The notes under the pieces were generated by a model. That model made no database searches. It was not told the DNA's origin and saw only the letters and a list, made by a program, of their open reading frames with translations. This document shows, one piece after another, positions 41,989 through 57,025 of a stretch of DNA of 64,000 bases (position 1 is the first letter of the stretch; the number at the start of each line of letters is the position of its first letter). Origin of the DNA: Eledone cirrhosa (lineage: Eukaryota). The translations under genes were made by a program, and so were the position numbers. The stretch covers positions 11,718,001 through 11,782,000 of the forward strand of contig OZ024766.1 of assembly GCA_964016885.1 (NCBI GenBank). The letters are read 5' to 3'.

Positions 41989-42780
41989 CGAAGGAGGTGT
42001 GGTAAGGAACCAGATGGACCATAAAGCACCAGAGTACTCAATACTTAGGGTAGTAGAGTGGGTAATAGGAAAATGTTCAAGACCCCGACGGCAGGGCTGA
42101 AGCCGTTTCGACGGCTATTTCTGGACTGAAATAGCCGTCGAAACGGCTGGATCTCTGCCATCGGGGTCTTGAACATTTTCCTATATATAAAGTGGTCGTG
42201 TAAAAGACACGGTAAAAAGCATCCAGCCCAACTGTGAATGTGGTTGGTGTTAGGAAGGGCATCCAGCTGTAGAAAACCTGCCAGAAACAGTCTTATACGA
42301 GCGAGACACGGTCACTCGTATATATTGTATACATACAGTGTATATATAGTGTATATATAGTGTATATATATAGTGTATAGTTGTGTTGTGACATCACTGG
42401 TGCTAAATTGATACTCACACATACATTTGCACTAACACACACACAGACACACACACTGATACACTGACACATACACTGACACACACACACACACTGATAC
42501 ACTGACACATACTCACACACTTACACATGCACTTACACACACTAACACGCGCACACTCACACACCCACAGACACATACTCAGACATACTCACACAAACTC
42601 ATACACACACTAACACTCACACGGACACACACACACACACACTCACACACATATATATATACACACACACACACTGACACAAACATACACACACACACTA
42701 ATACACTCACACAAACTCATACACACACACTAACACGCACAAACACACCCACACGGACACACACACACTCTCACACACAC

Positions 42781-42816
<36 letters not shown>

Positions 42817-42854
42817 TCACACACACATATATATATATACACACACACACACTG

Positions 42855-42885
<31 letters not shown>

Positions 42886-42889
42886 CACA

Positions 42890-42920
<31 letters not shown>

Positions 42921-42987
42921 TGACACACACACACACACATATATTATATATATACGCACACCCACACACACACCCACACACACACTG

Positions 42988-43055
<68 letters not shown>

Positions 43056-43207
43056 GCACACCCACACACACACACATCCTGATTGCTTTTAGTTCAAAAT
43101 GTCTTTAATCTTTCTGTCTGGTTTTTCAATTGAGGTCTGCCCCCGCCCCCTCTCTCTCACATTCTTCATTGTGTTGTGTATATATATATATAAATATAAA
43201 TATATAT

Positions 43208-43297
<90 letters not shown>

Positions 43298-43326
43298 ATG
43301 TATGTATATATATATAAATATATACA

Positions 43327-43360
<34 letters not shown>

Positions 43361-43469
43361 AATATATATATATATAAATATATACATATAAATATATACA
43401 TATATAAATATATACATATGTATATATACATATATAAATATATACATATGTATATATATATATATATAA

Positions 43470-43536
<67 letters not shown>

Positions 43537-43745
43537 CACACATATATATATATATATATACATACACACATATATATATATTTATATATATATATAGACA
43601 TATGCACACACACATATACATGTATATATAAATATGTCTATATATATATATATATATAGACATATGCACACACACACATATATATATATATATGCACACA
43701 CACATATACATGTATATATATATATGTGTGTGTGGATTATGTGTC

Positions 43746-43815
<70 letters not shown>

Positions 43816-44727
43816 TATGCACACACACATGTATAAATGACATATTTACACACACACACACATATATATATATATGTATACACTTACAGTGCCACACCAG
43901 CATGGAGTGGCCCAGAAGATCCTTTAATCTTATTATCTAGGGACCAGTAAACCCTCAATTATTATTGCTATCCCAGTGCAACCCCTCATTTCATACATAC
44001 CCTGGACTGGGAGCTATATTCTGTTCCTTAGCAAAACACTTCGTCTCACTCTGCTTCAGTGAATAACAGTGGGGAGTTAATCTGGCGAAGACCTAGTGTC
44101 CTATCCAGGAGAAAGAAGTGTTTTTCTCTCAGTTGCTTATCACCCATAAAACTAGGATAAATAGCCAAAAGGATGCATAATGGCAACGTACTTTGAAAGG
44201 AAGTTGACTCGAAATGGGAATACAAATCGGTGCATGGGTTCTTATCTGTTTGTCGAAACTCCAGGTAGAAGGAGCAACGTGAAATAAAGTGTCTTGCTCA
44301 AGGACATAACACATCACCTGGTCCGGGAATCAAACTCACAACCTCACGATTGCGAATCCAATTCTCTAACCACTCAGCCACACGCCTTCACTAGCACACA
44401 CATACACACATATATATACACACACACACACGCATATATATATATATAAATATAGATAGATAGATAGATAGAGAGTCGATTGTCTTTGGTCAAATCGGAC
44501 CGAGGAAACAATGTTTCCATTGGTCTTTCCAGTTGCTAATACTATCTTCGGTCGCAACTCCAGGTAGAAGGAGCAACGTGAAATAAAGTGTCTTGCTCAA
44601 GGACATAAAGCATCGCCTGGTCCGGGAATCAAACTCACAACCTCACGATTGCGAATTCAATTCTCTAACCACTCAGCCACACGCCTTCACTAGCACACAC
44701 ATACACACATATATATACACACACACA

Positions 44728-44784
<57 letters not shown>

Positions 44785-45020
44785 TCGATCGACTTTGGTC
44801 GAATCGGACCGAGGAAACAATGTTTCCGTTGGTCTTTCCAGTTGCTAGTACTATCTATCGGTCGCAACTCCAGGTAGAAGGAGCAACGTGAAATAAAGTG
44901 TCTTGCTCAAGGACATAACACATCACCCGGTCCAGGAATCGAACTCACAACCTCACGATTGTGGATCCAATTCTCTAACCACTCAGCCACACGCCTTCAC
45001 ATAAAGGTATATATATATAT

Positions 45021-45750
45021 AGGCTTTTCCCTCAAAATGAAAGGCAGACTGTATGATGCATGTATGCGAACAGCAATGTTACATGGTAGTGAGACCTAGG
45101 TGCTGACTGTGGAAGACTTACGTAGATTAGAAAGAAACGAAGCCTGCATACTCCGATGGATGTGTAATAGTAATATACGTGAACGACAAAGCATAAATGA
45201 ATTGAGAGAGAGACTGAGCATAAGAGGAATCAAATGCTGTGTGCAGGAGAGGAGGTTACGCTGGTATGGACATGTGATGCATATGAAGGATGGCAGCTGC
45301 ATAAAAAGGTGCAGAGCACTAGAAGTCGATGGAAACCGCGGAGTGGAGAGACCCAAGAAGACCTGGGATGAGGTGATAAAGGCCGACCTTACCCAATTAC
45401 ACATCTCAAAGGCGAAGACACATGACCGTGACCTCTGGCGTCACACAGTAATACGGAGGACCCGACCCCCCCACGGGTACAAGCCGAAGCTGAAGCATAT
45501 AGACAATATGCCCCACACCCTCCCACTGCAAAGTGGTAGTGGAGGTGCCACGGCAGAAAAGCACCCAGCATTCACTGTAAATGAGGTTGGTGTTAGCAAG
45601 GGCATCCAGCTGTAGAAATCAAGCCGGAATCTGTTCCCATATGAGCAAGACAAGGTCAGCCGACCGGACACTGCCCACAACAGGACAACCCGTCTAACCC
45701 ATGCTAGCGTGGGAGAACGGACGTAAAACGGTGATGATGATGATGATGAT
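45021..45750 (+). mobile_element. RTE-clade LINE 3' end (degenerate ORF2 C-terminus, 3' UTR, (GAT)n tail)
   Basis: KGRLYDACMRTAMLHGSET*...LERNEACILRWMC...RRLRWYGHVMHM...RPKKTW...DRDLWR, with an internal stop. Confidence 0.85.
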
Positions 45751-45769
45751 ATATATATATATATATATA

Positions 45770-46274
45770 TAGTAGAATAATCGAGTATCGGAAAATCGGC
45801 TCACGAGTTTACGATAAACAAATTCGACATGAGTGGCAGAGGGCTCAATAATTCAGATAAATCAGAGCTATAACTATCGTTAAAATACCAACACACAAAG
45901 ATTATGTCTAAAATCACCCATGCGGCTGAAAAATTACGACCAGGAAGATTCGGGTCACTCAGATAAAATATCAATAAATCAATAAATCATATGAAAAAGG
46001 TTTACTGATACTAATTTTATATGATCAAAGTAGAAAAACATCCCGGGTATGCTAGCCAACCTTACTGTTATTTCTAGCAGGTTGGGAATCAACCATAAGG
46101 GATTCTCTCTGCACATTCGTTGTCAATGATGTTCGTAATTCACAGTAGTCGTCTCCAATTCGAATACAGGTGTATACGCACACATGCACAGTTATACTGT
46201 AAACCAAACAATGCATCCGATACAGACGTTTTCTCTTATCTGTTTACCTGGGCAAAGCCGGGTACTTCATCTAG
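45770..46274 (+). mobile_element. non-autonomous Helitron-like element (3' end clear, 5' end uncertain)
   Basis: GC-rich hairpin CCTGGGCAAAGCCGGG (46247-62) followed 8 nt later by CTAG|T. Confidence 0.5.
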
Positions 46275-46320
46275 TTCGATATAAAACTCACGAATGCATT
46301 TATGTATCTGCTATGTTTAA

Positions 46321-46742
46321 CCCTTTAGCATTTATATTACTCTATATTTAGTATTATACTTTTATGGTAAAGGCTTTATCTCACATAATATGGAATCTAC
46401 GAGATTTTGATGATGATATTATTTATTTTGAGAACAAAATAATTGTTTCTACTTTAGGCACAAGGCCAGTAATTACCCAGTGCATTACTGGTACTTTATT
46501 TTATCGACCCCGTAAGGATGAAAGGCAAAGTCAACCTCGGCGGGATTTGAACTCAGATCGTAAAGGGACGTAACTATGCTGGAAAGCATGGCGTCCGACC
46601 CTCTACCGATACTGCCAATCCACCACCCTTTTGAGAACAAAATAATACCTTAACATCAGTATGAGTGGCCAGTTATGGCCGGTTTGAACAGAAAGAGCTG
46701 AGAGAATTCTGGCTGGATATGGCCAGTTTAAATGCTAAAGGG
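46321..46742. mobile_element. piggyBac-type MITE with nested Meta-type SINE
   Basis: TTAA-CCCTTTAGCATTTA...TAAATGCTAAAGGG-TTAA. SINE at 46444-46628 (-) flanked by 18-bp TSD TTTTGAGAACAAAATAAT (46426-43, 46629-46). Confidence 0.85.
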
Positions 46743-47140
46743 TTAAGTGAAAACAAAATTTAGCTTTATAATTTTTGACAAATACTGCAGCAATACTGGC
46801 TAAAAGTTTGTTATTATAGAGATAAAGGAATATTGATGTTTCAGATGCTAGTTCTTCATCGAAAGGTAGTGTGAGAAGAAAAGAAGAAATAGATAAATAG
46901 ACATGATTAAAATGACAAATAAAATTTGTTTATGTATACACACAGTACCATATGTAGACTAGCCGACAAACACTCACGCACATGTATACATTCCATGTAT
47001 GTATAATCAATACAAGCTCTTCCTAAATTGCGTGTATAATTGTTGTAGAAACTGTTCAATATATTGATTTCTTTCTTTCTACACTGAACGCCTGTCTGTT
47101 GAGACTATATATACACACACACACCTATATATACATGTGC

Positions 47141-47181
<41 letters not shown>

Positions 47182-47221
47182 TGTGTGTGTGTATACATAT
47201 ATATATATATATATATATATG

Positions 47222-47300
<79 letters not shown>

Positions 47301-47707
47301 ACATATATATATATACATAAAATATATATACATATGTGTATGTGTGTGTGTATATATATATATATATGTACATATATATATACATACATAAAATATATAT
47401 ACACATATATATGAGTATGTGTGTGTATATACATATATATATACATATATATATGTATACATAAATATATATATTTATATATATGTATATATATATATAT
47501 ATATATACACATACATAAATATACACACACACACATATATATTGATATGTGTATATATACAGTTACATATATCATCGCCATCATTGTTTAATGTCCATTT
47601 TCCAAACTAGCATGGGTTGGACAGGTTGTCACGTTATGAGACGAGTCAGGTTAGGTGATTCCGTCTCCCTCGTACAGATCTGAATTTTGGCTTGATATCT
47701 ATGGCTA

Positions 47708-48471
47708 GTGAAGGCACATGGCTTAGTGGTTAGAACATTGGGCTTGCAATCGAAAGGTTGTGAGTTCAATTCTCAGACCGGGTGATGTGTTGTTTCCTTG
47801 AGCAAGACACTTTATTTCACGTTGCTCCAGTTTACTCAGCTGTAGAAATGAGATGATAGGGACTGGGGTCCCTATCATTAAATAACCCAAGACACCTCCA
47901 ATGAGATATACCTTGGAGGAGGCCAGCTAAACCTGCATAGGTGTGTACTGTCACACACACACCCAGTGAAGGCACATGGCTTAGTGGTTAGAGCATTGGG
48001 CTTGAGAGTTCAATTCTTGGACCAGGTGATGTGTTGTTTCCTTGAGCAAGACACTTTATTTCACGTAGCTCCAGTTTACTCAGCTGTAGAAATGAGATGA
48101 TAAGGACTGGGGTCCCTATCATTAAATAACCCAAGACACCTCCAACGAGGCCAGCTAAACCTGCATAGGTGTGTGCTGTCACACACACCACCAGTCATTA
48201 GACTCTGGCCATGCTGGGGAACCACCAGTGACGGCGCATGGCTTCGTGGTTAGAGCATTGGGCTTGCAACCGAAATGTTGTGAGTTCAATTCTAGGACCG
48301 GGTGATGTGTTGTTTCCTTGAGCAAGACACTTTATTTCACATTGCTCCAGTTTACTCAGCTGTAGAAATGAGATGATAGGGACTGGGGTCCATATCATTA
48401 AATAACCCAAGACACCTCCAACGAGATAGACCTTGGAGGAGGCCAGCTAAACCTGCGTAGGTGTGAGCTGT

Positions 48472-48480
<9 letters not shown>
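47708..48480 (+). mobile_element. three tandem tRNA-derived SINE copies
   Basis: Heads at ~47708, 47966 and 48227 with the same body. Confidence 0.78.
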
Positions 48481-48506
<26 letters not shown>

Positions 48507-48609
48507 TTGATGCCTTCCTTAACACCAACCATGTTTACAGTGAGGGCTGGGTGCTTTTTAATATTGCACCTAAACGACCATGTAACAGTGGACCAGATGC
48601 TTTTTGTCA

Positions 48610-48670
<61 letters not shown>

Positions 48671-48720
48671 AAAATAATTAAGTCAAATATTTAAAATTTG
48701 GCTTTGTTTATTAAAGATTT

Positions 48721-48775
48721 ACTGCTATATATATTTCGGTCACAGCCATCCTTGGCTGTGACCTCTTCAGGCAGT
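48721..48775 (-). ncRNA. minimal type I hammerhead ribozyme, fully paired
   Basis: Minus: ACUGC-CUGAAGA-GGUCACAGCCA AGGA UGGCUGUGACC-GAAA-UAUAUA-UA-GCAGU; perfect 5-bp stem I, 11-bp stem II, G10.1-C11.1 pair. Confidence 0.85.
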
Positions 48776-48856
48776 CCGGATTGGTGTGGAAAAGACAGGT
48801 ACACATGTTGTTGAAGTGTGTTTTACTCCATCAATACTCCGATATGTCCAGCTCCT

Positions 48857-49365
48857 GGGAAAAGCCTGGGGAGCATTGAATGCAATGGAAAGGATATGGA
48901 AATCAAACCTGCCGGTCAAACTGAAAAGGAATTTCTTCAGAGCTGCTGTGGAATCTGTGCTTGTTTATGGCTCTGTCACTTGGACGCTAACGTCGAAGCT
49001 GGAGAAAAAGCTAGACGGGGCATACACACGTATGCGCCACGCTGCTTTGAACGTGTCTTGGAGGGAACACCCAACAAATAAGGATCTCTATGGCAATATA
49101 CCACCTATCAGGAGGTCAATATGTGGACAGAGACTCAGATTTGCTGGCCACTGTTGGCGCAGCAAGGAAGAAATAGCAGGTGATGTGTTGTTATGGAGTC
49201 CATCTCTTGGAGCAAGAAACGCTGGTCGTCCCAAGAAGACATATGTCAAGCAACTTGAGGATGATACTGGATGCACTGCGGAAGAACTAGCAAACGCTAT
49301 GAGAGACAGAGATGGATGGAGGAAACGTGTTGTAGAAAGCCGAGCAAACTCGACCTGATGATGGT
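48857..49365 (+). mobile_element. RTE-type LINE 3' fragment (second family), open ORF2 C-terminus
   Basis: [17 protein letters not shown]...[15 protein letters not shown]...RLRFAGHCWRS...GRPKKTY...DRDGWR, ending TGATGATG. Confidence 0.85.
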
Positions 49366-49513
49366 CATGTGTATGTAATGTAGGTAGTAAAGTGAGTTAC
49401 TAGTGTTGCTACCAATTGAAGCACTCTATGGTTAGGTGTTTTGAGTGTTTATGATAGAAAAAAAACGAGGAAGTTTCGTTTACATGTAAAAGATATGTAT
49501 ATATATTTACATA

Positions 49514-49548
<35 letters not shown>

Positions 49549-49700
49549 CTATGTATATATGTATGTATATATATATATATATATGTATATATATGTGTTT
49601 GTATATATACATATATATGTGTGTGTGTATACATATGTGTATATGTGTTTGTGTGTGTATATATGTATATATTTATATATAGGTATATATATTTCACACG

Positions 49701-49751
<51 letters not shown>

Positions 49752-49901
49752 GTACATACATATATATATATATATACACACATACGTACATACATATATA
49801 TATATGTATGTATGTATGTAAAAGATATGTATATATATTTACATATGTGTATATGTGCATGTATGTATATATATATATATATATGTATATGTGCATGTAT
49901 G

Positions 49902-49970
<69 letters not shown>

Positions 49971-50157
49971 GTGTAATGTTGCTGTAAAAGAGAAAGCTAT
50001 TAAACACTAATTTGGTAAACTTTTAACAGCTGTTTCAAGTTCCACCCCCCCTCCCTCTCATAATTCTATTATCAAGGGTTAGTATATATTTCTATTAGTG
50101 CATATTGATATATACATATGTCTGTGTATATATATATATACACACACAGTATATATA

Positions 50158-50210
<53 letters not shown>

Positions 50211-50316
50211 AAATATCATCATCATCATCATCGTTTAACGTCCATATTCCACGCTTGCATGGGTTTGGACAGGAGTTGCCCCACTTGAGGCAAGAGTGGT
50301 TGTCTTGCTCGTATAG

Positions 50317-50770
50317 GACTGTCTGGCAGGTTTTCTATGGCTGGATGCCCTTCCTAACACCAACCACGTTTACAGTGTGGGGCTGGGAGGTTTTTACCGT
50401 GTTGCCTACACGGCCACATTACAGCGTGGACTATCTGGCGGGTTTTCTACAGCTGGATGCCCTTCCTAACACCAACCACATTTACAGTGTGGGGCTGGGA
50501 GGTTTTTACCGTGTTGCCTACACGGCCACATTACAGCGTGGACTGTCTGGCGGGTTTTCTACAGCTGGATGCCCTTCCTAACACCAACCACATTTACATT
50601 GTGGGGCTGGGAGGTTTTTACCGTGTTGCCTACACGGCCACATTACAGCGTGGACTGTCTGGCGGGTTTTCTACAGCTGGATGCCCTTCCTAACAACAAC
50701 CACATTTACAGTGTGGGTCTGGGAGGTTTTTACCGTGTTGCCTACACGGCCACATTACAGCGTGGACTGT
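50317..50770 (-). repeat. 112-bp tandem amplification (4 units) within an RTE 3' UTR
   Basis: Period 112 (50457 to 50569); host RTE fragment spans ~50215-51125 on the minus strand. Confidence 0.85.
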
Positions 50771-51132
50771 GTGTGTTTTTGTCGTAACACCTACACGATC
50801 TCATTTGTTTCGGCCTGGATGTTGTGACACCAACGTAACTTTACATTGAAAGGGGCGGTGTGGATGGGGTGGAGGTGGTGGGACGGGGGTGTATTTTGTT
50901 AGAGATGCCTACTGACTGTAGTAGGTTTACTTTGTATTTAGGTAAGGCGGGTCTTCTCTATTACTGAGTACCGCCAAAGGTCTCGGTCCAGTGACATTGT
51001 CTTGGAGAGGTGTAAGTGTGTGAGGTCGGAATTTATCAGCTCGTCCCAGGTTTTTCTGGGTCTGCCTTCTCCGTGGCTACCGTCTATCTTTATTGCCCTG
51101 CACTTTGTTATGCAGCTGTCATGTGTGTATAT

Positions 51133-51201
<69 letters not shown>

Positions 51202-51344
51202 TATATGTGTGCGTCATTTTCCCTATAGTAGTTATTAAAAGATGTAAAAATTACAATGATGAAATATATGTGTTTATTTAAATGTATTTACATGTATATG
51301 TGTATATATATATAACTGCTGGGCTGAGAAGGTGTGTATATACA

Positions 51345-51380
<36 letters not shown>

Positions 51381-51536
51381 CCTTTTTACTACAATATTTT
51401 CTATACTTTTCATTTATATATATATATATGTGTGTGTTTGTGTGTGTAGGTTTACGTGTGTGTGTGTGTGTGTGTGTATGTATATATGTGTATGTATTTA
51501 TAGATATATGTATATGTATGTATGCATGTATTTATT

Positions 51537-51569
<33 letters not shown>

Positions 51570-51696
51570 GTGTATGTATATATATATATATGTATGTATG
51601 TATATATATATATATATGTATGTATGTATATATATATATATATGTATGTATGTATGTATGTATATGTATGTATGTATATGTATGTATGTATGTATG

Positions 51697-51732
<36 letters not shown>

Positions 51733-51808
51733 TGTATATATATATATATGTATGTATGTATGTATGTATATCTATCTATATATATATATGTATATGTATG
51801 TATGTATG

Positions 51809-51839
<31 letters not shown>

Positions 51840-51908
51840 GTATCTATATTTATATATATATATATATGTGTGTGTGTGTATTTATGTATATATGTGTCTA
51901 TGTGTACG

Positions 51909-51966
<58 letters not shown>

Positions 51967-52132
51967 AATAGATAGTGGCCCCTCTATATCCCTTAAGTTG
52001 ATGCTAAGGGAGCCTATATCACCAGTGCTTTGAGAAGAAACACCAATGCCCAGCTCAGGATATATCGCTCAATGGGAACAGCAGCAATCATTTTTATTAT
52101 TTCTTCTTCATGTTTCTTCTGCTCAACTTTTA

Positions 52133-52191
52133 GCTGTCTGATGAGGTCGTAACTGTTTTATAACAGTTATCTTTGAAATGTGTATACCAGC
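52133..52191 (+). ncRNA. hammerhead-like motif, slightly degenerate
   Basis: GCUGU-CUGAUGA-GGUCGUAACUGUU UUAU AACAGUUAUCUUU-GAAA-UGUGUA-UA-CCAGC; related degenerate copy at 54378-54431 (-). Confidence 0.55.
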
Positions 52192-52261
52192 AATTGTATA
52201 ATGAATAAATGAGGTAACTTCTAATCTGTTGACCTGAACTTCATTATATATATATATCTAT

Positions 52262-52497
52262 ATATCTATCTAAGGCGGGTAAAATTCCCATGATCCATGG
52301 ACGAGTTCTCTCCAGCGGTCTCTGTCCCTCATTATCGCTGCCATGTCCTGCGTCTCCAACAGACCAGTGTCTCCAACAGACCAGTGTCTGTCCTTAGGGC
52401 ATCAACATACGTTAACCTTGGTCTTCATCTTCTAGTGTGTCCATGTAGGGGCTCCCAAAGGTTAGCTGGACATGCTCACCGCCATCCAGAGTTGACA
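52262..52497 (-). mobile_element. RTE-type 3' fragment with inverted 5' piece
   Basis: Minus strand LWEPLHGHTRR*RPRLTYVD...RDRDRWRE; plus strand 52459-52497 RLAGHAHRHPELT. Confidence 0.65.
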
Positions 52498-52517
52498 AAT
52501 ATATATATATATATAAA

Positions 52518-53683
52518 TGTTTCTACTTTAGGCACAAGGCCAGCAATTATATCCAGTACATTACTGGTACTTTATTTTATCGACCCCGTAAGGATGAAAG
52601 GCAAAGTTAACCTCGGCGCGATTTGAACTCGGATCATAAAGGGACGTAACTCTATGCTTCAAAGCATGGTGTCCGACTCTCTACTGATACTGCCAATCCA
52701 CCGCCATATATAATGGTGGATTGGCAGTATCAGTAGAGGGTCGGACTCCATGCTTTGACGCATAGAGTTACGGCCCTCGCCATTCTGCGTTCAAATCCCG
52801 TCGAGGCTAACTTTGCATTTCATCCTTACCAGGTCGATAAAATAAAGTACCAGTAATGCACTGGGGTAATTGCCAGCCTTGTGCCAAAAAGTAGAAACAA
52901 TTATATATATATATATAATTATGATTGGTTCTACTTTTGGCACAAGGCCAGCAATTACTCCAGTGTATTACTGGTACTTTATTTTATTGACCCCGTAAGG
53001 AAGAAAGGCAAAGTTAACCTCGGCGTGATTTTAACTCAGAATGGCAATTTGCATCATGACATATTTTATACATATTACATATGTTTCTCTATCGATCGGC
53101 TCGAGGTAAGATCTGTTAGTTTGGTATATGAGTTTATCTCCGATTCTGTTTGGATCAAAGAGAATCGGCGACTAATTTATATACCAAACATAACTGACGA
53201 AACTTTCGATTAGAGAGTCGAGTTTGATCTATAATAGATCATGCCTCGAGCTGATCGGTAGTGAAACATATGTAATGTGTTTAAAATATGGTATGATGCA
53301 ACACTGTATCCTTGTTCCTTATCTTTATAAGGATCGGATGCCATGCTTTACAGCATAATTACGTCCCTTTACGTTCTGAGTTCAAATCCCGCCGAGGTTA
53401 ACTTTGCCTTTCATCCTTACGGGGTCGATAAAATAAAGTACCAGTAATACACTGGGGTAATTGCTGGCCTTGTGCCAAAAGTAGAAATAATTATTGTATG
53501 GAATGGCAGTATCGCTGGAGTGTCAGACACCATGCTTTGAAGCATAGAGTTACGTCCCTTTACGGTCTGAGTTCAAATCCCGCTGAGGTTAACTTTGCCT
53601 TTCATCCGTACGGGGGTCAAGAAAATAAAGTACCAGTAATACACTGGGGTAATTGCTGGCCTTGTGCCTAAAGTAGAAACAAT
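52518..53683. mobile_element. cluster of five Meta-domain-type SINEs in both orientations
   Basis: Copies at ~52518-52705 (-), 52716-52900 (+), 52927-53040 (-), 53330-53470 (+), 53500-53683 (+). Confidence 0.75.
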
Positions 53684-53817
53684 TATAATATTATACTCTG
53701 CTCTGCGCGAGCATCGAGTGCTCAACCGGCATACCACCTACGGACATATTTATCTTGTAACCTTACAACTACATGTATATATATACACATATGTATATAT
53801 GTATATATATACACATA

Positions 53818-54329
<512 letters not shown>

Positions 54330-54460
54330 ATGAATACAAGTCAACAGGCTAGAAAATACTTCATCTTTTCAGAGTCACTGTTAAATATATTTCAGTAACT
54401 GTTAAGCAACCGTTATGACCTCATCAGACTGATAATATATATACAATATATATATATGTA

Positions 54461-54491
<31 letters not shown>

Positions 54492-55320
54492 GTATGTATG
54501 TATGAATATATATATATATGTATATATATATGTGTGTGTTTGTATAGATATATATATATATGTGTATAGATATACGTGTGTGTATATATATATGTGTGTG
54601 TGTTTGTGTATATATATATATCTGTGTGTATATATATATCTGCGTGTATATATATCTGTATGTATATATATCTGTATGTATATATTTATGTCAGGTCACC
54701 AGTTGGTGCTACTGGTAACATGTATCCCAGTACAACCTGTCTCATGGTCGGGTCGTTGGCGACTAAACTGGCAACCCCACCAAGGTTTCTTGGTGAGGAG
54801 GATGACTTTGGACATCCTGCAGGACTAAAAACAAAACCTGTCAAAGGGCAAAGGAGCTCTTAAGAGTCAATGGCCATCCAAAATCACCGGGAGAGATGAC
54901 CCCTTAGCCTTTGTCAAGGCAGAATTCTAGGAGAAGGAAAACTCTGATATAACACCTGCAACCCTGATGGTATCCAATGATGTTGACTTGTTCTTCTTTT
55001 TGGTAAATATCATCTTGGTTAAGAGAGTGGGACTGGCTTTGTGCAGTGCCTTTGCTCACTATAAAAGCTTCACGGCACAGGCATTGCTTTATATCTGGAG
55101 ATCTCTCTGCACTTGTCGTCACATGGTACCATGGGCCCAACACTATGTGTCAATAATTGTCACAAGTGTAGTCTTTGTACCAGAGTTTTCAAGTCGCTGG
55201 CTGGACTAAAAAGTCACACTCGTTCAGCGCATCAGTAGGGGTTCTCCTACATGGATATAAAGTAGTGGCCGTACTCGAAAACGAGTTGGCAGCCACCATG
55301 TATATATATATATATGTGTG

Positions 55321-55355
<35 letters not shown>

Positions 55356-55362
55356 CTATATA

Positions 55363-55402
<40 letters not shown>

Positions 55403-55420
55403 TATGTGTGTATATGTATC

Positions 55421-55457
<37 letters not shown>

Positions 55458-55460
55458 GTA

Positions 55461-55497
<37 letters not shown>

Positions 55498-55526
55498 GTA
55501 TATATGTATATATATATATACATCTG

Positions 55527-55618
<92 letters not shown>

Positions 55619-55664
55619 CATCTGTATGTATATATATATATGTATATATATATATATACATCTG

Positions 55665-55713
<49 letters not shown>

Positions 55714-55797
55714 GTATATATATATATCTATATATATATATATATCTGTATATATATATATATATATTTGTATATCTGTATATATATATATATATAC

Positions 55798-55884
<87 letters not shown>

Positions 55885-55968
55885 TATATATATATATTTA
55901 TATATATATATATATATATATATCTCTATATCTCTATATATCTCTCTCTCTATATATATATACACCTG

Positions 55969-56011
<43 letters not shown>

Positions 56012-56060
56012 CTGTATGTATATAACAATTATCCTAAATATGTCCTCTTTTCATTGTCAG

Positions 56061-56248
56061 GTACTCAGAGCAGCCCTACCCATATACGGCCCCCAATGGA
56101 GTGACAATGGGCTACGCTAATGAAGTGTCAAACCCAGAATTTGTCAACACGGGTCCTACAGATGCCACCAACTATAACACAGCATCCCCTGGGGTTCTCC
56201 CACCTCACCCTGTAGCCTTACTTAAGTCTGTAGACTTCATGGATGCTG
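56061..56248 (+). CDS. HR3: HR3/ROR exon: hinge region
   Basis: Acceptor ctcttttcattgtcAG ends 56060, donor GTgagc at 56249. Phase 2/1 matches both neighbours. Open frame [62 protein letters not shown]; a unique island between microsatellites. Confidence 0.85.
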
Positions 56249-56279
56249 GTGAGCTTGCCTCTTTTTTTTTTGTTTGGAC

Positions 56280-56985
56280 TTCTTCTTTGCCTTCTTTTTC
56301 TTCTTCCTTTTCTTCTTTTTCTTCTTCTTTTTCTTCTTCTTTTTCTTCTTCCTTTTCTTCTTCTTTTTCTTCTTCCTTTTCTTCTTTTTCTTCTTCCTTT
56401 TCTTCTTTTTCTTCTTCCTTTTCTTCTTCTTTTTCTTCTTCCTTTTCTTCTTTTTCTTCTTCCTTTTCTTCTTCTTTTTCTTTTTCCTTTTCTTCTTCCT
56501 TTTCTTTTTCCTTTTCTTCTTCCTTTTCTTCTTCCTTTTCTTCTTCTTTTTCTTCTTTTTCTTCTTTTTCTTCTTCTTTTTCTTCTTCCTTTTCTTCTTC
56601 TTTTTCTTCTTTTTCTTCTTTTTCTTCCTTTTCTTCTTCTTTTTCTTCTTCTTTTTCTTCTTTTTCTTCTTTTTCTTCTTCTTCTTCTTCTTTTTCTTTT
56701 CTTTTTTTCTTCTTTTTCTTGTTCTTTCTCTTCTTTACCTTTTTTCTTCTTTTTCTTTTTCTTTTTCTTTTTCTTTGCCTTCTTTTTCTTATTTTTCTTC
56801 TTTGCCTTTTTCTCTTCTTCTTCTTCTTTTTCTTTTTCTCTTCTCTTTCTTCTCTTTCTTCTTATCTTCTCTTTCTTCTTTTTCCTCTTCTCTTGTTTTT
56901 CTTCTTCTCTTTCTTCTCTTTCTTCTTCTCTTCTTTTCTTCTTCTTTTTCTTCTTCTTTTTCTTCTTATTCTTTCTTTTCTTTTT

Positions 56986-57024
<39 letters not shown>
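56280..57024. repeat. ~750-bp polypyrimidine (TTC/TTTTC)n tract
   Basis: Almost pure T/C on the + strand. Confidence 0.92.
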
Positions 57025-57025
<1 letters not shown>

